The notes under the pieces: model-generated | What the model saw: only the letters and a program-made list of their open reading frames with translations | What the model was told of the DNA's origin: nothing | Databases searched by the model: none | Shown here: piece by piece, positions 28,119 through 33,071 of the stretch | Numbering within the stretch: the stretch's first letter is position 1 | How the letters are laid out: each line of letters opens with the position of its first letter | NCBI GenBank assembly: GCA_034408725.1 | Contig: JAWXCN010000055.1 | Coordinates: forward strand, 1-33,071 | Direction: 5' to 3' | From: Candidatus Hydrogenedentota bacterium | GTDB taxonomy: Bacteria; Hydrogenedentota; Hydrogenedentia; Hydrogenedentales; SLHB01 | DNA: 33,071 nucleotides | Position numbers and translations under genes: made by a program

Positions 28119-31100
28119 ATGGTTGCCCACGTCAGTCGCGGTTCCTTTATAAAAGGCTGTTGGCTAGTAGTCCTCGCCTTAATTTCAAGCTTCGGTTTGA
28201 CGGCAACCGCAAGTGTCATACCGACGCAAGGCAACTGGTCCAGCCCAATAGAGGTTCTCGACGAAGAACCAGATTTTTTTACAGTTGAGATACCGATACC
28301 ACTAGGCGCAACTAGGGTGGAGCTAAGTGTAAACGGGGAAGACTACGGATGGCCAGCGATTGATAATATTAGCGATGTTGCAAAGTTTTTTGTCGATGGT
28401 CATTATCAGGTCGAGATTAGCTGCGCACCGGCTAAGGGTAATGCAACAATATCAAATCTAGCGGGGGGCGGGACCTTACAGGCTAAGTTTTTCGCTTGCA
28501 GTACGAGCATAAATTATGAAGACCATGACTCCACCATAAAGTGGATGTTCGATTTTAGGGATTCATATAACAATCCTGTTGAGGATGAGCCTGGTAACTG
28601 TGAGCCGCATTGCGATACTTTTTGCGGCGGCAGGACAGCGCTGGAATGCGGCATCGATTTTATCTCCGATGCCGCGGAGGAGGTTGCTCGAGTAACGGAG
28701 GAAGTCTGGGGAATACTCAAGGGGGTCTACGGCGATGATATTAATCCCGATAGTCAGTTTGTGGATATCTGGTCCGCACCTGGAACCAAGCCCATCATGT
28801 ACCGCCCATTTTGGGGCAGGGCTCTTGGCCCTCACTGGATCGAGGCACCTACATTCCCAGAGGTAGAATCGGATACCGTAGACTTTATGGCTGGCTGCAC
28901 AGCTTCTCACGGTTGTGACGACTACCGTTGGTTTCTGGAACGATTGGATCCAGACGTTGGATTCGTGCCAGTACAGACGTTCCCGCCGTCCGAGGACGAC
29001 CCCAGATTTGAGAACGGCGAGTATATGACAAAGAATGCATTCACCCGAATGCCCGGTTTTAACTGGGACGGCACGCTCTATCGCTCAAAAGTATACCAAT
29101 CCGTTCAAGACCGCCATGAATGGACTCTAGAGCATGATGACTGGAAGTATTTCTTCAACGGCATACCGGATACCCCCCCCGTACCGCCCGCATTGATTTC
29201 TCCAAGGAACGGAGAGGTGGCCGGCGGTAACTCGGTTGTGTTTGTTCTGCAAAACCGAGGCACCGAGATGATGCACCCGGCATTCAAGTATCGCGTAGAA
29301 GTGTACAAGGCAAATCCAGACGGAACGATACCCGAGGGAACCCAATTGAATGAGAATGTCAATTGGTGGATTCTGGGTCCTGATCAAATCAAGGTTCGAA
29401 GTCGCGGCAACGTACCTCCGATGGGTTTTAACATAGAACCTTTTGAACTTCAAAACGATACTGCTCTCTACTATTGGCGAGCCCTTGCTACGTTCGCACC
29501 CGATTTCAGTAACCCCAATAAGGTGACGAGCAGCAAAATCACCGGCTTCAATACCACAAAATTGAACCAAAGCGGGACCAGGTTTAGCGCGTATGGGCAA
29601 AATGTGGATATGTATAACACGACTTCTGTAGTCGGTGCGCCATACACTGCAATTGGCTTTCAGGAACAAATTGGCGAGGTGACAGTTTTCGAAAAAGTGA
29701 ATGACACATGGGAAGACGTCGCAAGTCTGCTCCCGGATACGCCGGAGGAATATGATCAATTCGGATACGACGTCGCACTCGGTGACAGGCGCCTTGTTGT
29801 CGGTTCGCCGGGAAGAGGAGACTTTGGGCGCGCCTTAGTGTACACGCGTAGTGCAACCGGCTGGAACTTGTCGCAAACGTTTGGGCCCGGCTTAACCGAA
29901 ACTACTAATCCTTTGTTCGGTCGTTCAGTGGAGATCGATGGTCTTACTGTATTGGTCGGCGCTCCGAACGGTTTCAATGGCAAAGGCATTGTCTACTCGT
30001 TCGAAATAGGTAGCGTCGGTGTAGATAGAACCATTATTGCTAGAGACAGCTCTGGAAACCCTGAGGGACAAATAAACGGCGAATTCGGCGCCTCACTGGC
30101 TATTTCAGGCGGAGACCTGTTCGTCGGAGCACCGCGGGCAAATAATCAGGATGGTTTGGTCTACGTCTATCATCGCCAAGGGTCGAACTGGGTGCAAGAC
30201 TCCAAGATCAGTCCCCCAATTAGCGGACTGGCCGAGCATTTTGGCTACGCGCTGAGTATTGAAGGTGGAACACTGATGGTCGGCGCGCCAGGCGAGGACG
30301 TCTATCACCTGGCGATGAACCCCGACACTGGGGGATTCTTTAAGTCCGCACAGAACAGTTCCGTATATGTATATGAAAAGCAGGCGGAAGAGTGGGAACT
30401 AATCAGAGAACTACCGACGGACAATTTGGAAGCCGACGCCGCCTTTGGGTTCGACGTCGCGCAATCGCCAGGACTCTTGCTTGTTGGTGCTCCCGCCAGT
30501 GATCCAACGGGCCTGCCAGGCTCGAATATAGGAAGCGTACCGGTATTTCTCCGTGCGGCTCCGAGTCCCGTGTCTATTTGGTCGCAAATAACCACGCTTA
30601 CGGACCATGGCATAAACCAAGGAAATCATGGCGCCGAAGACGCGCAATTTGGCAGCAGCGTCGCTCTTTGGGGGCACAGTGCTATTATCGGGGCTCGATA
30701 CGACCGTTACGAGTTCGATGGGATTGAAAACCTTTTGCCCGAAGATAAACATCCTCTTGAGAATGCAGATATCGGTGGCACATCAGGTTGGAAATGTTTT
30801 CATAGCGTGATAAATGAGTGTAGTCACAATTGCCTTGTAACCAATACGAGCACGACGACGCGCCAAGATGTACAACTACCAGATTACCTTGCGCCTTTAA
30901 TTGATGTCGGAGGGCTATCTGTCCGATTTGGCGGCACTGCAGTTCGAATAGGTGGGGGTGATAATATTCCAGCCGACTTCGTGCTCCATTTTTATGACGG
31001 TACTGCTTTCCCGAGTCTCGATTGCTCCGATGAAAGCATTGGAAATTTCTTACGCGAAGAGAGAAATCGCGTCCTGATAGCGGAGAACACTCCTTGCGGT

Positions 31101-32747
31101 TTCGAAGCGAATCCCATCGAGGTTGCGGTACCACCCTTCACGCGCTGGATCCAATTTCGCATGGAACAGGTCAACAATCAAGACTGGGCCGGGACAGACT
31201 TGCAACTAGAGCTGATCCAGTCGGATCGGCGTGGCACGGTGTCCTTCACTGATATAGATACCGTTCCGCCAGTCGCGAATATCATCGCAGCTGAACCAGC
31301 CTATCTCACAAATCAAAACAGCCTAACGTTTACGGTCATATTTAGCGAGCCGGTTCGAAATGTGAATGCGGAGAATCTGATTGTTGAGGTCGATGGGAGT
31401 ATCTTGCATGATAATCCACTAATCGCATCAATAGATGAAGGCAAGATATGGGAGGTTGTACTAACGGGCATTAGTGGGAATGGAAACATACACTTAAGAG
31501 TTTCAGATTCTTCCGCGAAAAGCGCAGCCAAGATTCAAGACCTTGCCGGAAATAACTTGGTGGCAACAGTGAAGAGCACAGTAAGGATTGATCAGACTGC
31601 GCCTGCCTTATCACGAAGTTTTGTCGTCAGCCAGCCTAGAGCTTCAGCCGGACAAACCTTGCAGATTGCACTTACTTTGGCCGAAGATCTGAGAAGGCCC
31701 CCGATACTTACTATCAACGGGAATGAGGCGACAGTCATTTCTGCGATCACCGGAGAGGCACCAGATTTCGAGGTTGATTACATCTTTAAATATACCGTGA
31801 CGAATACGGACGATATTGGTCCTGCAACCCTACACTTCCAAGCTGCAGACGACGCTGGCAACCCGCTACGCCTAGTTCGTGACAATCTAATCACAATAGA
31901 CCCGCCGGCACAAACGCATTCGCTCACGATCCAAAGTTCTCCGGATACAGGAGCGGCGATCGCCGTCAGTCCGAACGATAACACGTCGCAAGGAAACGGC
32001 ACGACCAACTTCACGCGAACATACAACCACAATGCCGCGGTGCAATTGACGGCGCCAGCAACGTTCAACGGCAAGACATTCGTTCGCTGGAACAAGGACG
32101 GCGTACAACACGCAACAACTCCTACCACGTCAGTGACGATGGATATTAATCACACCATGGTAGCGGTCTACCAGACATCAACCCGCACGCTGACGGTGCA
32201 AAGTTCTCCGGATATCGGCACGGCGGTCATGGTGAGCCCGAACGATAACAGCGGGCAAGGCAACGGCACGACCAACTTCACCCGCACGTACAACCAGAAC
32301 GCCGCGGTGCAATTGACGGCGCCAGCAACGTTCAACGGCAAGACGTTCGTTCGCTGGAACAAAGACAGCGTACAACACGCAACGACTCCTGCCACGTCAG
32401 TGACGATGGATATTAATCACACTATGGTAGCGGTCTACCAGAGCATTAATTCAATTACAGTTACTAAACCTAACGGAGGTGAGGCGTGGAAGAAGGGAAC
32501 TCGCCGAACCATTACGTGGCTCAAATCGACTAATTCGGGTGCAAATGTAAAGATCCAACTAAAGCGAAAAGGCGCGATTGTAAAGACTATTGCAACTAGT
32601 ACGCCTAATGACGGTAGTTTTTTATGGACCGTGAACAGTGATCTTTTGGTCGCACGCGGCTATAGAATCTGGGTGACAAGCACAACCAATGTACAAATTT
32701 TAGATTCCAGTGACGGCACGTTCAAGGTCAAAAAAGCGGCAAAGTAA
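28119..32747 (+). CDS. Large secreted multidomain surface protein: novel N-terminal region, seven FG-GAP repeats, Ig-like domains, two InlB-B-like repeats, C-terminal 'PNGGE' Ig-like domain
   Basis: Signal peptide (WLVVLALISSFGLTATAS), seven FG...GAP-type blades, FTVIFSEPV...IQDLAGN Ig-like domain and ITVTKPNGGEAWKKGTRRTITW. Start 28104 or 28119. Confidence 0.9.
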   Translation: MVAHVSRGSFIKGCWLVVLALISSFGLTATASVIPTQGNWSSPIEVLDEEPDFFTVEIPIPLGATRVELSVNGEDYGWPAIDNISDVAKFFVDGHYQVEISCAPAKGNATISNLAGGGTLQAKFFACSTSINYEDHDSTIKWMFDFRDSYNNPVEDEPGNCEPHCDTFCGGRTALECGIDFISDAAEEVARVTEEVWGILKGVYGDDINPDSQFVDIWSAPGTKPIMYRPFWGRALGPHWIEAPTFPEVESDTVDFMAGCTASHGCDDYRWFLERLDPDVGFVPVQTFPPSEDDPRFENGEYMTKNAFTRMPGFNWDGTLYRSKVYQSVQDRHEWTLEHDDWKYFFNGIPDTPPVPPALISPRNGEVAGGNSVVFVLQNRGTEMMHPAFKYRVEVYKANPDGTIPEGTQLNENVNWWILGPDQIKVRSRGNVPPMGFNIEPFELQNDTALYYWRALATFAPDFSNPNKVTSSKITGFNTTKLNQSGTRFSAYGQNVDMYNTTSVVGAPYTAIGFQEQIGEVTVFEKVNDTWEDVASLLPDTPEEYDQFGYDVALGDRRLVVGSPGRGDFGRALVYTRSATGWNLSQTFGPGLTETTNPLFGRSVEIDGLTVLVGAPNGFNGKGIVYSFEIGSVGVDRTIIARDSSGNPEGQINGEFGASLAISGGDLFVGAPRANNQDGLVYVYHRQGSNWVQDSKISPPISGLAEHFGYALSIEGGTLMVGAPGEDVYHLAMNPDTGGFFKSAQNSSVYVYEKQAEEWELIRELPTDNLEADAAFGFDVAQSPGLLLVGAPASDPTGLPGSNIGSVPVFLRAAPSPVSIWSQITTLTDHGINQGNHGAEDAQFGSSVALWGHSAIIGARYDRYEFDGIENLLPEDKHPLENADIGGTSGWKCFHSVINECSHNCLVTNTSTTTRQDVQLPDYLAPLIDVGGLSVRFGGTAVRIGGGDNIPADFVLHFYDGTAFPSLDCSDESIGNFLREERNRVLIAENTPCGFEANPIEVAVPPFTRWIQFRMEQVNNQDWAGTDLQLELIQSDRRGTVSFTDIDTVPPVANIIAAEPAYLTNQNSLTFTVIFSEPVRNVNAENLIVEVDGSILHDNPLIASIDEGKIWEVVLTGISGNGNIHLRVSDSSAKSAAKIQDLAGNNLVATVKSTVRIDQTAPALSRSFVVSQPRASAGQTLQIALTLAEDLRRPPILTINGNEATVISAITGEAPDFEVDYIFKYTVTNTDDIGPATLHFQAADDAGNPLRLVRDNLITIDPPAQTHSLTIQSSPDTGAAIAVSPNDNTSQGNGTTNFTRTYNHNAAVQLTAPATFNGKTFVRWNKDGVQHATTPTTSVTMDINHTMVAVYQTSTRTLTVQSSPDIGTAVMVSPNDNSGQGNGTTNFTRTYNQNAAVQLTAPATFNGKTFVRWNKDSVQHATTPATSVTMDINHTMVAVYQSINSITVTKPNGGEAWKKGTRRTITWLKSTNSGANVKIQLKRKGAIVKTIATSTPNDGSFLWTVNSDLLVARGYRIWVTSTTNVQILDSSDGTFKVKKAAK
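31921..32442 (+). repeat. Intragenic tandem duplication, 267-bp (89-aa) period
   Basis: CAAAGTTCTCCGGATA at 31932 and 32199, and GCGGTCTACCAGA ending at 32175 and 32442. The two units are near-identical. Confidence 0.95.
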
Positions 32748-32908
32748 TTTCCAACTAGCAATAAGAGTTGCGCTGTCTTTTGAGCTTGCATGGGTACTGA
32801 TTGAACCAAATGGAGCCGCAAACGTGCTCCTGAATTTCTCGGTGACATGAGCTGTCCAAATCCTATGGTTGGGCATTTTCTCTCGGATCGGGCGCTACCG
32901 TTCGCTTT

Positions 32909-33071
32909 GTGGGTATCGGCCACGAAGCTCGATGTCTCTGGTGAAATCAAAATGAGAGTTGCAAACATCACCGGCGGCAGCGATTTGGCGGAGAAGTTCG
33001 AGGTGCGCACGGTTGCCAACACGAAGATTGAGCCGGGGATGGTGGTGTGCATTGATCCGGACAAGCCGGGA
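32909..33071 (+). pseudogene. Fragment of a trimeric fibre-type protein C-terminus (peptidase G2/intramolecular-chaperone-like); runs off the right edge
   Basis: TKLDVSGEIKMRVANITGGSDLAEKFEV...IEPGMVVCIDPDKPG. The preceding VGIG lies in another frame, and there is no room for the N-terminus. Confidence 0.6.

Noticed and set aside
32660-33064. 134-aa minus-strand ORF
   Set aside because: Antisense to the fibre-domain fragment and to the end of the surface-protein gene, with no motif.

Overview
GC-rich bacterial chromosome segment. The protein repertoire suggests a Candidatus Hydrogenedentota/PVC-like organism, which is an inference only. Left to right: (i) a minus-strand surface-glycan unit (priming glycosylphosphotransferase, Wzx-type flippase, O-antigen ligase family, lipoprotein metallophosphoesterase, truncated secreted protein), interrupted by an AT-richer Panacea antitoxin plus a putative toxin that lacks an in-frame ATG start; (ii) an orphan ORF, two Tat-signal Gfo/Idh/MocA oxidoreductases, a lone ribulokinase and a DUF1573 protein; (iii) a ~2 kb single-gene insertion bracketed by a 76-bp duplication of the upstream gene's 3' end; (iv) a CusRS/CzcRS-like two-component system divergent from a Pro/His-rich EF-hand protein; (v) SUI1/YciH and a compact operon of three small peptides, two of which share a basic 'I[S/T]RxPAxAQ[S/T]' leader; (vi) pckA and an HTH-REC regulator; (vii) an apparently complete signalling module made of a membrane non-RD Ser/Thr kinase with an ELWxxDGT propeller and an FHA-GAF sigma54 activator, divergent from a sigma54 promoter with paired candidate enhancer sites upstream of a 1.5-kaa FG-GAP/Ig surface protein; and (viii) a fibre-protein chaperone-domain fragment at the right edge. 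No rRNA, tRNA, CRISPR array, integrase or transposase was recognised.
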